A stretch of 64,000 nt of DNA from Elsinoe ampelina (taxonomy: Eukaryota), in assembly GCA_010093995.1 (NCBI GenBank), contig ML992504.1:1492360-1556359 (forward strand), read 5' to 3'. The notes below the pieces were generated by a model. It had not been told where the DNA came from and ran no database searches. It worked only from the letters and a program-made list of their open reading frames with translations. The translations under genes and the position numbers were made by a program. Shown here in pieces: positions 41,610-53,290 of the stretch; within the stretch, counting starts at the first letter, position 1; each line of letters begins with the position of its first letter.

Positions 41610-44021
41610 TTGCTGTTTGATCCACAGGTGAGTGAGGTGAGGTCCTCTCCATTTCCTACTCTCCGCCTTTTCTCAACTGCATTCCACGAGCATTCAGGAT
41701 TTCATGTTGGTAATTTACCTAGTCTGAATTCGAGGACGGATATCACACCATCTGCGAGACCCTGGAGGCGTTGCAGCGAAGCCGCCTGCGAGAGCGGGAT
41801 ATGTATGCACATAGTCGGCCTAACCGGTAGGACGAGCGCGGCTTCGCAAGGTCGCCTGTCAAACCTCGATGGCGGGTCTGTTACAACATCTCAGATCTCA
41901 GATGGTATGGTTCTGACTCTCACAGGCACTCCGTCGACATGGCTCTTCCCTAACACTACCACGTCCGCCCCTACAGGGGTTTTACCCACACCTACAACTT
42001 CGTCCGGATCATGCGCGCCTTGCACATGGATAGCCGTAGGCCCAGCCTACGGAACATGGACGACAAATCCTGCAATACCTCCTTTAGCCACAACACATCT
42101 CACAGTATATCCACCACCCAGTAATGTGACGGAAACGTCGGTCGAGTGCAACACAGATGTCTTCAAATCGTACTGGACATCGATGCCCGCCTTCGGTCCT
42201 TATGGCTACGGACTTGGTAATGGCAGCTGCTCCTTGACTGCTCGAATCCTGAAGATTGCTGATTCTCCTGGGACCATCGCAACAGGCTACGTCACGGCGC
42301 CATCGACATATTTAGACTTGGGAACGAATCTCTACGTCCGTGGAGGTGTGTCTACAACAGCCTCTGACGGTTCGCCGTCTTGCCTACAATCCCAATATGT
42401 CTCGCTCTCTTCTCGTCCACCGCTATACACTGGTCGTATCTTCCCCACGAATGTTACAATGACTGCGGACTTCGGCTCCACGACCAAGACAGTCTCCACG
42501 GAACTGGTATATCGCCTGCCAGACTTGACAGATTACTATCCGGGGCAAGCTGCCGTAGAACAGTGCACCCTCGTCAAATTCGACGCCGTGCCAAACACTT
42601 TTACCGCAGCAAACTACCTCACTACCGTCACCACGGCACGGATAGAGTTCAGTCCGATCAGACAGCCCGATCCGGTGTTTGCTCAACCTCCCCCCTCACC
42701 TGTAACTACATCAGCCATACCGACCGGCAAGCAACCGAGACCAGCGACCGAGAAACCACCTGCAGCAGATCCCGCAAGACCGGCACAGCCGGACATCACC
42801 AAATTGATTCCATCGATCACTGCCATCATCGGCAATGCCAGCCCTGGCGACACTGATCAGAGAGGTGAAGTCGGCACTGGCGGTGCAGGCGGAGACGGCA
42901 ACGCAGGATCTAATGCTGGTAGCAGTAATACGGGAGGTGGTAACACTGGATCTGGCAGCAATGGCGACAGCAACGCCGGAAGTCAAGCTGGATCAGGGAC
43001 CGGCTACAACAATGATGGTGCTGCCGGTGGAGTAAGCAGCAACACTGGTAGTGGGAATGGCCAGACCATCGGAGATATCGTTGGCGGATGGATCGGTGCC
43101 ATCATTGGGGGAGGAGCTACCGGTAATCTTGGAAGCATTTCAGGAGCCGGCAATGGAGGTGGCAATAGCGTGGGCGGTGTTGCGATACCTGCTGCTGGTC
43201 CAGGTGGCTTTGGGTCTTCGAACAACGACGCCTCTGGCGGATCATCTGGCAATGGACCTGTGCGTGGGCCGGCAATGGGTGCTGGATCTTCTGGTTCCGC
43301 GCTGAGCATAGGGCCCAATCGAGTTGTGGCTCCAAATATGGCACCCTTGACCACTCAGCCAGCATTCTACATCAACAATCAGCTCCTCACAGCAGGCGGG
43401 CCGTCGATTATCGTGGACGGAAAGCCACTGGTCTTGGACGCATCGGGCACGACCGCGATATGGAATGGAGTCACGATCCCTCTGGCTCAACTCGCTGCTG
43501 TCATTGGTCCTGCCGCGTCGGTGTCGTCAACATCCCTGCTGGTCTATAACGGTCAGACACTCCTGCCAGGCGGCACTCCTGTTACGGTCGTCAGCGACGG
43601 CATCACGCAAGTCTTGAGCATGGCCGCGCCAACAGCACCTGGAGCTACTCCCAGGGTGGTAGTATTGTCTCAGACCGGTCGCGATTCCGAAGACATTGCA
43701 GCCCTCATCATGCTCGGACTGGAAGTAGCAGGTGCATCGTCGGCATCGGACGTAGATGATGGCCAACAAGGTGTAGACCCACTTGGAGCTGGATGGCGAG
43801 TCAGTGCAGCACTGCAGTCGCAGAAGTCGAAGTCGCAGGTCGCAAAGCTGGCTACTACATTCTTGTCATCTGATGGATCGACTCCGACACCTGATGCTGG
43901 ATCAATGGCAAATTCAGGAGGAGGAAGTTCAGGACCACAAGGCGTTGCATCTCAAGGAAAGGCACCATTAGCGACGGGCGTGTTGTTCTTCTTGTTCGTT
44001 GCGACAACACTATTGATGTAG
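41610..44021 (+). CDS. Thr/Pro- and Gly/Asn/Ser-rich cell-surface protein, probably GPI-anchored (5' end unresolved)
   Basis: Long ORF with a Cys-containing N-terminal region, Gly-rich low-complexity middle, beta-rich repeats (INNQLLTAGGPSIIVDG, YNGQTLLPGGTPVTV) and hydrophobic C-terminus (LATGVLFFLFVATTLLM). Splice-like sites at 41564, 41628, 41803 and 41925 suggest upstream exons. Confidence 0.7.
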   Translation: MLFDPQVSEVRSSPFPTLRLFSTAFHEHSGFHVGNLPSLNSRTDITPSARPWRRCSEAACESGICMHIVGLTGRTSAASQGRLSNLDGGSVTTSQISDGMVLTLTGTPSTWLFPNTTTSAPTGVLPTPTTSSGSCAPCTWIAVGPAYGTWTTNPAIPPLATTHLTVYPPPSNVTETSVECNTDVFKSYWTSMPAFGPYGYGLGNGSCSLTARILKIADSPGTIATGYVTAPSTYLDLGTNLYVRGGVSTTASDGSPSCLQSQYVSLSSRPPLYTGRIFPTNVTMTADFGSTTKTVSTELVYRLPDLTDYYPGQAAVEQCTLVKFDAVPNTFTAANYLTTVTTARIEFSPIRQPDPVFAQPPPSPVTTSAIPTGKQPRPATEKPPAADPARPAQPDITKLIPSITAIIGNASPGDTDQRGEVGTGGAGGDGNAGSNAGSSNTGGGNTGSGSNGDSNAGSQAGSGTGYNNDGAAGGVSSNTGSGNGQTIGDIVGGWIGAIIGGGATGNLGSISGAGNGGGNSVGGVAIPAAGPGGFGSSNNDASGGSSGNGPVRGPAMGAGSSGSALSIGPNRVVAPNMAPLTTQPAFYINNQLLTAGGPSIIVDGKPLVLDASGTTAIWNGVTIPLAQLAAVIGPAASVSSTSLLVYNGQTLLPGGTPVTVVSDGITQVLSMAAPTAPGATPRVVVLSQTGRDSEDIAALIMLGLEVAGASSASDVDDGQQGVDPLGAGWRVSAALQSQKSKSQVAKLATTFLSSDGSTPTPDAGSMANSGGGSSGPQGVASQGKAPLATGVLFFLFVATTLLM

Positions 44022-44354
44022 AGCATTCGGCACGACATGGCATAGCGAGGTTCGGAGACACTGTAGCATATAATAGCTCAAATGATACCAATGTTTTCCC
44101 ATACTTGAAGTCGATCAGCCCCAAAACAGCCACTCAGGGCTCGGAGTTCGGAGATCTTCACAGTTCAGCCCTTTTCTTGGCGCGCCAGGCCGCGTTCCTG
44201 GCCAGCTGTTGTGTCCCAGAAAGTTATCATCAGATGAAGCAACTCAGCCTCTCGACACTCTTCTCTTTCAACATCACGATCATTCCTCCGTCCATTCATC
44301 CAATCGCTCCATACTGATCGCTATCACCCTCGCCGCCAGTCGCGGCGCATCACT

Positions 44355-45186
44355 ATGACCATGAACATCTTCCGCATCCTTGGTACCACCCCCCCCAGCT
44401 CCCAGCCTGCCCTCCACCAGCTAATCCACCTCCCAGCGGACCTCTCGCACCTCGTCTCCATCCTCATCCTCCTCCATAAGATGAAGACCTCCAGCGTACG
44501 CTCCCCTCCTCCCCGTCTCCTCCCCAACTAACCCCCAAAGTCCGCCTCCGGCATCTCCTTCAAATCCCAATTCCTCTACCTCCTCGTCTACATCACCCGC
44601 TACCTCGACCTCCTCTGGACCTCCCCCCTGCACAGTCTCTACAACACCGTCCTCAAAATAACCTTCATCGGCACCTCGGCCTACGTCATCTGGCTCATGA
44701 TGAACGACTACAAACCCACCCACGACCCCAACCTCGACACCTTCAAGGTGCAATACCTCCTCGCCGGGTCAGCCGTCATGGCCATCCTCTTTCCCTACAA
44801 ATACTCGCTGGGCGAAGTGCTCTGGGCCTTTTCCATATGGCTGGAATCGGTCGCGATTCTCCCGCAGCTGTTCATGCTGCAGCGCACCGGCGAGGCGGAG
44901 ACGATCACGACGCACTACCTCTTCGCGTTGGGTGCATATAGGGCATTGTATATCCCGAACTGGGTGTATCGGTACTTTTTCGAGAAGCCGAGGTATTGGG
45001 ATCCAATAGCAGTGGTGGCGGGGATCGTGCAGACGGTCTTGTACTCGGACTTCTTCTATGTTTACTATACCAAGTAAGCCAGCCCATCAGCCCTCCTCAT
45101 TCCCCCCTTTCCCTCGGGATGTCAAAGGCAAGGATACTGACGCGACTAGAGTTTTGCAAGGCCAGAAGTTCAATCTGCCAGTCTAG
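44355..45186 (+). CDS. ERD2: ER lumen protein-retaining (HDEL/KDEL) receptor, join(44355..44382,44437..44495,44541..45073,45150..45186)
   Basis: MNIFRILADLSHL, SGISFKSQFLY, WAFSIWLESVAILPQL, ITTHYLFALGAYRALYIPNW, QTVLYSDFFY, ending KVLQGQKFNLPV; three canonical introns. Confidence 0.95.
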
Positions 45187-45798
45187 ACGACCAGGAGGTG
45201 GTGGGCGAGGAAGTGGAAGAGATGCAAGGCGTGGTGGTCGGGGAGAAAGAAGCAGAAAAGGATGGGCAAGAAGAGAAGGTACATTGACGGCCATCCAGTG
45301 TTTGGGCCCGAGACAAGATGTGAGTAGGAATCCGAACGAGCTCGGATCAGAAAGAAGTGGTACTTGGGCATTCACGAATTGGCGCATATCCAAGCACGTG
45401 AGCTTGAGGAGGAGGAAAAGGCTCGTGGACGTGGCGAGGACAATGCTGAGAGGCTCCATCAGCGACTGAAACGCGATCAAGCGCTGCGGCAGAAAAGGCG
45501 GCGACGGCCACATTGATACCACACTTGACAGCGGCTCATAGACAATGTCAATGAACGAACGAATCATTTATCCATACCGTCTATCATACTGGGGTATCGC
45601 TGCTAATTGTGCTCTGTGCCGTCTTTCTAAAACGTGAAGCCGTGAAGCCATTCCAAAACAATCATCATCAGTCCATACCACCATACTGCATAGTACATGC
45701 CGAATCCATAGGAGAAACCTTGTCTGATGGCCAGCAACCTTTTGTCGAGATGAATGCGTGCCCCCTCCGCCCATTGCCTCGCTCTGGAGCAAAGCAGT

Positions 45799-47241
45799 CT
45801 AAACTTGCGTGCCCTCTTCCAGCGCCGCCATCTCTTCGTTGCGGCGACAGGTATACTCCCAGCAGAGCAGCTTCCAGTTCAGCTCGCTACGCCAGAACAA
45901 GCCGTACCCTAGGCCGCAATCGCCGGACATGCCACCAGACGAGGGCATGCGTTTGCCGAAGACGCAGCGGGCAAAGCGGGAGTGGACGATAGCCATGCTG
46001 CACATGAGGCAGGGTTCGTGGGTCATGTAGACTTCGAGGTCGACGCAGAGATAGCCGTTGGGGATGAGGTTGTCTTCGACAAAGGCCGAGCGCTCGAGAT
46101 CAGTGACGGGAAAGTCGTTCAGAGAGGCGTCGACGCTTTCAGGCGTGTTCTTTGCATGGGCTACGGGCTTGACGAGGAGGTCACCAGCGCTGACATCTGG
46201 GTTCAGACTATCGGTGCTGGAGCTGATAGACGAGTTCTCGCGACGGGTCTTGGGTGTGGCAACGCGGACTCGCTTGCGTGCTACCATTCCGATGGCGCGG
46301 AGGACAGCATGGCAGGCGATGTTGCCACCGCAGGTGGATGGCGGATTAGAAAGACCTTGAACACCAGTATGGCGGGCGTCACCGGCAATGGCAACGATGA
46401 CTGGAGTGCGGTCCGCCTTGCGTTCAACTACGACGCAGCCAGCATTGATGCCGAACCCTTTGGAGGACGTCTCGGCTGCAACCTGGCGTGCAAGGACAAC
46501 ATATTTGCTGGCTTCTCCGCGGATCTCTTCCTCGGAGCGGGTGACAAGAGATGGATGCGGACCGAAGGGGTTGGTCTTGCGGTAGAGACAAGGCCAGTAC
46601 TGACCAGTCCATTGCTGAGCTTGCTCGACCGAAGTAGGAGCCAGCAAAGGAACCGTGATCTCCTTGAGTCGAAGAGGGAAGCCGTCTTGAGCGAAGCAGG
46701 GCTGCTGGAGAAGGATAGCCGACAAGTCCTTGTAGCTCACTATGCTCGAAGGACAAACCAGGAGATGAAGGGTCGTTGCTCCACTATTCCTGCGTCGACG
46801 CATTCTAGATCTCGACCGGGAGGAGGACTTTGAGCCATTACTTCCGTTGCTAGCGGAGGAGTAACGACTGTCGGTGCTGCTTGCTCGACTGCCGGGAGGT
46901 TGAAGGTATGCTGGAAGATGATTGGGCTTAGCAAAGCGACGAAGATGCTGAAGATCAATGGAGTCGCTGTCTGGAACGTGATTCTTGCAGACTCTGAACA
47001 ATGTCAGTGATGCTCAAGTGATGACTGGCGAGACATACATCAAGATGTCATTAGCAGCCTTGATAGGAAGTTCCACGATCCAGACGCGAATGGTCTCTGA
47101 CAATGCTCGGGCCTCTGCCTTTGTCTTTAGGACATTGAGGCGTGAGGTGGACATGTCGTCCGTCATGTGCCCATGGTCACAGGAAAGGTGGGATGAAGAC
47201 CCAGATTCCGAGGATCTGGATCTCCCGCGACGCTCGGTCAT
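45799..47241 (-). CDS. TAD3: tRNA-specific adenosine-34 deaminase subunit Tad3, complement(join(45799..46993,47039..47241))
   Basis: DLQHLRRF, VPLLAPTS..QA..W...YWP, HAV (pseudo-catalytic Val in place of Glu), YLC, THEPCLMCSMAIVHSRF, LNWK; one 45-nt intron; start codon uncertain. Confidence 0.88.
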
Positions 47242-47297
47242 TTCATGGTCGCTCCTTCTCAAATAATGCAAATTTGTGGAAGGAGCAAGCCATGCCC

Positions 47298-47318
47298 GGC
47301 AAACGCGGCAAACGCGGC
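47298..47318. promoter_or_regulatory. Tandem ACGCG (MCB-like) motifs in the short TAD3/ORC5 divergent promoter
   Basis: GGCAAACGC repeated twice, giving two ACGCG cores upstream of a DNA replication gene. Confidence 0.4.
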
Positions 47319-47404
47319 TCATCGACGTGCATCGCCGCTTATACAAGCTCACTTGACCATCTCAGTAGACGGAGCAACATCTTCAAGGACGATGACAAAA
47401 GATC

Positions 47405-48863
47405 ATGGCAGCATTTCACCACCGTCTGATTGGACGTAACAGCCAATTGAAGCAATTGTCCCTTCTCATACCAGCAGCCCCACACAACGACCAAGATGTG
47501 GAGGACGACATACCCAGCCATTCGGTCATTGTCGCCCACGGTCCGGAGGCTACTGGTAAGACAGCGGTGATCTCAGCTCATCTCATAGACTCTCGGGTAC
47601 CACATGTCATCCTTCAATGTAGGGAGTGCATCACAGGTCGCCATCTGTTCGAGCGGGTTATTGCAGAATGCCAGTCTATTACGCACTTCGGCACCAATGG
47701 AGACTCTGGACGTCGTACAGCTTTCGAAAGATGTGAAAGCATCAATGCATTCGTGGTCGCGCTGAGTACCATCTTGGCTGGTGCTGGCCGTTTCGTGATT
47801 GTCTTGGATGGCGTCGACGATCTCCGAGATGCGCCACCTTCAATGGTGCCTGCTCTGGTCAGGCTGGGAGAACAGGTACCGTGATTTGTATCTCCACTGC
47901 TGCGTTCACTAATCCGAGAACAGATCTCAAATCTCACTGTTGTACTGGTCGTGAGATCTCCTGGTCCGCGCCTTCTCAGAGCAGCTGGTGTACCACACAT
48001 TTACTTTCCACCATACAATCGCGAACAAGCATCAGCCATCCTGTCACTAGATCCTCCAAGTATCTATCCGCCAGATCACCAGATGTCGGAGGGATGCACG
48101 GAAGAGGAAGCCCGGGAAGACGATCTTTGGCTCTGGTCTCGGTTCTGTCAGGCTGTCTGGGATGCCCTAGCCAAGGGCGCCGCGAACGACATTGTAGCTT
48201 TCCGAGCACTGTGTAATCGATTATGGCGTCCATTCGTGCAACCCGTGGTAGACGGCACTTTCGGCACGCGAGACTTTAGCCGACTTGTGGTTGCACAGAA
48301 GAAGATCTTGCGGGAAGAGACTTGTCTTGAGGACGAATTGCTGATCGAGACTGACCAAGTCGCAAGCAAGCAGGGTAGGGACTAGGCCTATTATTCCGAT
48401 ACGACATCACTGACCAGTTGTAGTGGTCCACGAGTTTCCCTACTATACCAAATGGCTGCTATGCGCGGCTTACCTCGCATCATACAATCCTGCTCGACTG
48501 GACACTCTTCATTTCATGAAGGCAACAGAACGGAAACGGAGAAAGAAGGGCGGCGGCACTGCAGCGGCACGTCAATCCAAGACACGCAAGATCCCACGGC
48601 ATCTGCTCTCTCCAGCAGCATTCGCATTGGACCGGCTCTTCGCCATCTTGCATGCGATTCTACCTCACGACATGACTTCAAATATCGATATCTACACCCA
48701 ACTTGCGACACTGCACTCACTGAGGTTGCTGGTCCGAAGCGGTATCTACGGATCAGATCCTCTCGACCGAAGTGCAAAATGGCGGGTAAGCTATGACTGG
48801 GACTACACGCAAAAGATTGCTCGAAGTCTTAATTTTGACATTGCCGACTATGTTGCCGAATGA
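47405..48863 (+). CDS. ORC5: Origin recognition complex subunit 5, join(47405..47875,47924..48374,48424..48863)
   Basis: HGPEATGKT Walker A, CRECITGRHL, RCESIN, IVLDGVDDLRD, HIYFPPY, LLCAAYLASYNP..LD..HF, FALDRLFAI; two 48-49 nt introns keep the frame. Confidence 0.92.
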
Positions 48864-48920
48864 TCTTGACAACGGTCGTAGGTATCATACATTTCTATAC
48901 ATCTAGCGCCAGAACTGGGT

Positions 48921-50916
48921 CTACGAGCTACAGCTGCACTGCATGGCTCTGTTGTACTTGGGTACATCACCGCAGAATCGTTCTTCCTCTTCCCGGTCGC
49001 CTCCCCATTCCTCGTCAAAAGGATTAAGACCCATCTTCATGACGTGGTCTAGAATCTTGCGTTCGCCCTTCTTCTCCACGCGGTCAATGAGCTCGTCGAG
49101 GATCCATGAGCGGGGAATGAACTTTGGAATGGGTCAGCGTGAGTCAACAGCATAAGCTCCGTCGACATACCTTCGGATTCACCTTCCTCATCGCGGCCTG
49201 ACGGGCGTCATCATCACCCTCGCCCCAATCTTCGACCACTCGTGCACGCCATTTACCCAGCCAATTACCGATGCGTGTCTTCGCATCACCTTCGGATGGG
49301 ATAGCAGTCGAGCTCAGACCTTCGTGATGGAACAGTGTCGGCGCCCATTCTTTCCGCTTGTCTACGGTGTCCAAAGTAGTGATGGATACATTACTGAGCT
49401 TGCGGAAAGTATGGTTGAAGTCCAGCTCCAACGCCTCCAGGGTATCCAGCAGCTCGGAATAGAGCTCATCAAAGTCGCTGTCCTTGAAAATCTTCAATCC
49501 CAGCCGTGCCGTCATCAGTCGCTTGTATTCTGCCATGAACACAGCTCGGTATTCTTCTCCAGTTTTCATAATGATACCCTCAGCTCTCTCGGTCAATTCG
49601 TCCGACCACTCCTTGGCTACCCCTTCATTCACGAATTGTTCCTCATCACACCTCTTTCCGGCGCCGATGAGCTCGCCCATGGCTTCACCAAATCGGAGCA
49701 GGTTCCACCAGATGATGCTCGGTTGGTTCTTGTAGCTGTATCGGAGCATGTGGTCATCGTGGTTGGGAGTGTAGTTGGGGTCGAAATTATCCAGGAAAGC
49801 AAATGGACCAAAGTCGATCGACAGACCGAAGACGCTGGTGTTGTCCGTGTTCAGTACGCCGTTCGTGAAGGCGTACGCTTGCCAGTGTGCCACCATCTTC
49901 GCATTCCTCCTTACAATCTCCCGGTATAGTCTCGTGTACCTGTTCTCCTCCTCTTTCCCTTCACCTTGTGTCGTCTCCTTACTCACTCCTCTCCCCACAT
50001 TAACCGCCGTCTCTTTTACCTCCCCATCTCCGAGCTTCCCTGGCAATGTCTCCCATCCACCAAACACCTCTTCAGCCACATACTCCGCGGTCTGCCTGAT
50101 CAACCCCCTATCCCCCCTCGAGCGCATGAGATCAAACGTCCCCAACCGCAACCAACTCTCCGCAAACCTCGCCACAATCGCACCAGGCTCCACCCTCTCC
50201 CTCCTCACCTCCGCATCCGGACACAACGTCAGACTCAACGCCCTCGTACTCGGTATCCCCAGCGCATTCAACGCCTCACTAACAATGTACTCCCGGATAC
50301 TACTCCTCAACACGGCCTTCCCGTCCGCGAAACGTGAGTAAGGCGTCCGTCCCGCCCCCTTGAGCTGGACTTCAAACCGCCTCCCGTTGTCGGTCGGGAC
50401 TTCGAAGAGCGATATCGCTCGTCCGTCGCCGAGTTGCCCCGCCCATTGCCCGAACTGGAAGCCGCCGTAGCATTGCGCCCAAGGGTAGATGGTGGACTTG
50501 CGCTGGTCTTGGTCGGATCCTTCGACGGTCGCGGCCGGGTCGAAGGTGAGGATCTCGCTGCCCGAGACGGTGGAGAGGAAGTCGGGTGAGGAAGTGGCTG
50601 TGGGGTCGAGGTGGAGGTCGCGCAGGGCGGCGGGGGAGACGGAGAGGAGTTCTGGGTTGGATGGGGGGTCGGGGCGCACGTAGGTGTAGAGGGCGGATCT
50701 GACAAGGCGGGGGCCGAGGGCGGAGCGTTCGGCGTTGTGTGAGGAATGGGGGGTGGGGTAGGTGGGGTCTGGGGGGAGGAGGGAGGTGAAGTTGTTGGTT
50801 TTGGGGAGGTCGCGGATGGTGTAGGACTTGGAGGCGGCGCCGTTGGTGAGGTGGGATGTCATGGTTGCGAGGCGGCGTTTGGTGGTTTGGCCGGCTTGGG
50901 TGAGGGCTGAGAGCAT
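48921..50916 (-). CDS. FMP40: Selenoprotein O-like protein adenylyltransferase (UPF0061), complement(join(48921..49121,49171..50916))
   Basis: YGGFQFGQWAGQLGDGRA, QLKGAGRTPYSRFADGKAVLRSSIRE, GVLNTDN, IDFGPF, NPKFIPRSW, C-terminal QCSCSS; basic N-terminus resembling a mitochondrial presequence. Confidence 0.93.
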
Positions 50917-51285
50917 AGACTGTGGTGCGTGAGGGAGGCTATGGGGTGAGGTAGCCTTGGGCAGAGTGACGGGGATGGGATGTAGTGACTCGGGATCTCA
51001 TGTCAAGCTCGTCGAAGTTTTGCTCATTCGCCATTTGTGATCGGCCGAAGATGTCATTGTTGCGGGACGGCAGAAATCGAGGGTCTGGAGAACACGCTTC
51101 TTGCCGATCATGTCCGAGCGCCACAACCTTAATTTCCGCGGGCTCCACTATTGAAGGTCTTGAGATAGCCGTTGGCCTGTGGACATATCTTCTTCATCAT
51201 CAAGCAGAAGTCAATTTATTACAAGCAATCCTTCCTCCGCCTACTTCGATAGCATGTGAGAGGGCTCCATAGATCGGGCCTCGCC

Positions 51286-53105
51286 ATGTTGAACGGTCAA
51301 AAGATCCCAGGCTTCTATTGGGGTAATCCTATCATCCACGCTCTACAATCGCCAGCATGCTGATGTTTGTGAAGATCCGGATAGGCAGAAATACTTTCAA
51401 ATTCAACCAAATCATCGAGCACCTCCTGGGCTCAAACATTCTGTGCAGAATGTCCGACGAGAGGAGCAAGCGGCAAAAGTAAGCCAGATCTCGTGCGTCT
51501 CATCCGGAGTCTAACAATTAGCAGAGGCAGAAACTCCAGTACAACTGGGAACAGAAAGTCTATAATGAGACTGCGCGAAAGTCCTCTGTGCTTAAATTTC
51601 ATCATACACAAATCGGTCTTGGCCGAGAACTTGGATTGCAACCTGTTCGACAAGCCGAAGTAGCGAGATCCCGAGCATTCGCATACGAGCTGTCACCAGA
51701 TCACCAGATATGTTTTCAAAAGTGCGAAAATTGCAAGGCTCCTCAGAGGATTGGCGACTTCTCGCTATGGAATGAAGGGAGATCCATAGTAGCTGGCTTG
51801 GGGAATGATGTAAGTTCGATCATCACGATGCATCACGACCTAGACAAGAAGCAGCAGCAGTAGGTCTGCCTCCCTTTTCTCATGATATGGTAAACTCACG
51901 CACACAGTCCGAACACTTTCTTGAGGGGCATCGCAAGCAACGTCAACACGTTACATGTGACCGACGACGACATTATGGTTGCGACATCCACGACTCCAAA
52001 GCGTAAAAACGTGTTCATCGCTCGCCTCGCCCGTGACGACCCACAAATGTATTACCACGATCCAGTAACCCAAATGCAGGTGGGAGGGAAGCAGCATGCA
52101 ATTGAAGACTGTGCTCTTCAACCCGGACCAAACCCCTCACGAGCAGCTATTGGTCTCAACAACGAAAAGTTCGTGGGCCAACTGACGATAATCGATATCG
52201 AACGTGGAAGTCTGATTGGCCAGACAATGCAGTGTAACAGTGAAGTCCGCAGTGTAGACTGGCTCAATCAGAACACGGTCATCGAAGGAATGAGCGGCGG
52301 CAGCGTCATGCTCTATGATGTCCGGGCCCACTCAGACTCACCCCGCTTCAAGCATGGAAGCGCCACTGTCAGCGTCCGCAGCCAAGGCGACGGCCACAGT
52401 ATCTGGGCCGCCTGTCAGGAGTCCATCAATCTCCACGACGTTCGCATGTCCGTAATGCACAAGGGCTCCGATCTCAAGGGCTGGCTACCCCCACAACAGG
52501 ACTTCAAATACGGAGGAGACGTAACCCTTCCGGTCCTCACAATTCCCTTCCACGAGAAGCGCAGCACAGTCAACATGGCCATCTGGCACGGCACCGGCAT
52601 GCTCGCCTACAACTTCAACCACGAGTTTTGCCTGAGACTGCACAGTCTAGCGGACGGCTCGTTCGTGCGGCAGCAAATGGCAGTCAACATAGAAAGCGAG
52701 GTCGACGCACTGAAATACTGGAACAAGAACCTCAAAAGCGGGTACGACGAGAGAGGTGTACCGGTCCTATACTACGCTCACGGCTCGACGATACAATCAC
52801 TTCGGTACGGCAGAGAGAGACTCGTCCAGGACGTAGAAGCATGGGGTGAGAGGGAGTTTGCCGTCGAGAAAAGGGCAATCGGGATCCGGGAGGAGATGGC
52901 CCGGGAGGCGTTGGAGAAGGCGACAGAGGAAAGGAGGAAGGCGAGAGAAGCGGAGGAGGAGCGAGCTAGAGAGAGAGCTCGGGCGCTTCAGGAGCAGAGT
53001 GTCGCGGGTCCAAGTTCACGGCGTCGGCGTGCTGGCCGACGCGCAGGCCGACGTGCAGCGAATCAAGCGCCAGTTTCTGTACCGATCCATTCGACCAATG
53101 TATAA
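51286..53105 (+). CDS. DCAF4/WDR21-like WD40 repeat protein (multi-exon; one junction near 51810-51907 unresolved)
   Basis: Spliced N-terminus MLNGQKIPGFYWDPDRQKYFQIQ (introns 51323..51374 and 51479..51524); WD-type motifs SEVRSVDW, GSVMLYDVR, INLHDVR (DxR boxes). Confidence 0.7.
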
Positions 53106-53290
53106 TCGGATGCAGTATCGAGCGCGGGCGTTCTCACGATGCCAAACATAATATCAGACTTCCATAAGCATGATCATTATTCATTACCATCCGGCATCTA
53201 TATCGCCCGCCCATATGTAAGATCCCATGGGTATCAACCCACCCCAACGCCATGCTTAAAACATCTCCCCTCCTGACCCCAGCCCATCCC

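Noticed and set aside
45982..46833. 283-aa plus-strand ORF opposite TAD3
   Set aside because: Antisense to a well-supported gene; no motifs.
48921..48945. Possible selenocysteine in the SelO homologue
   Set aside because: The C-terminus reads CSCSS with TGC/TGT codons and a TAG stop; there is no in-frame TGA.
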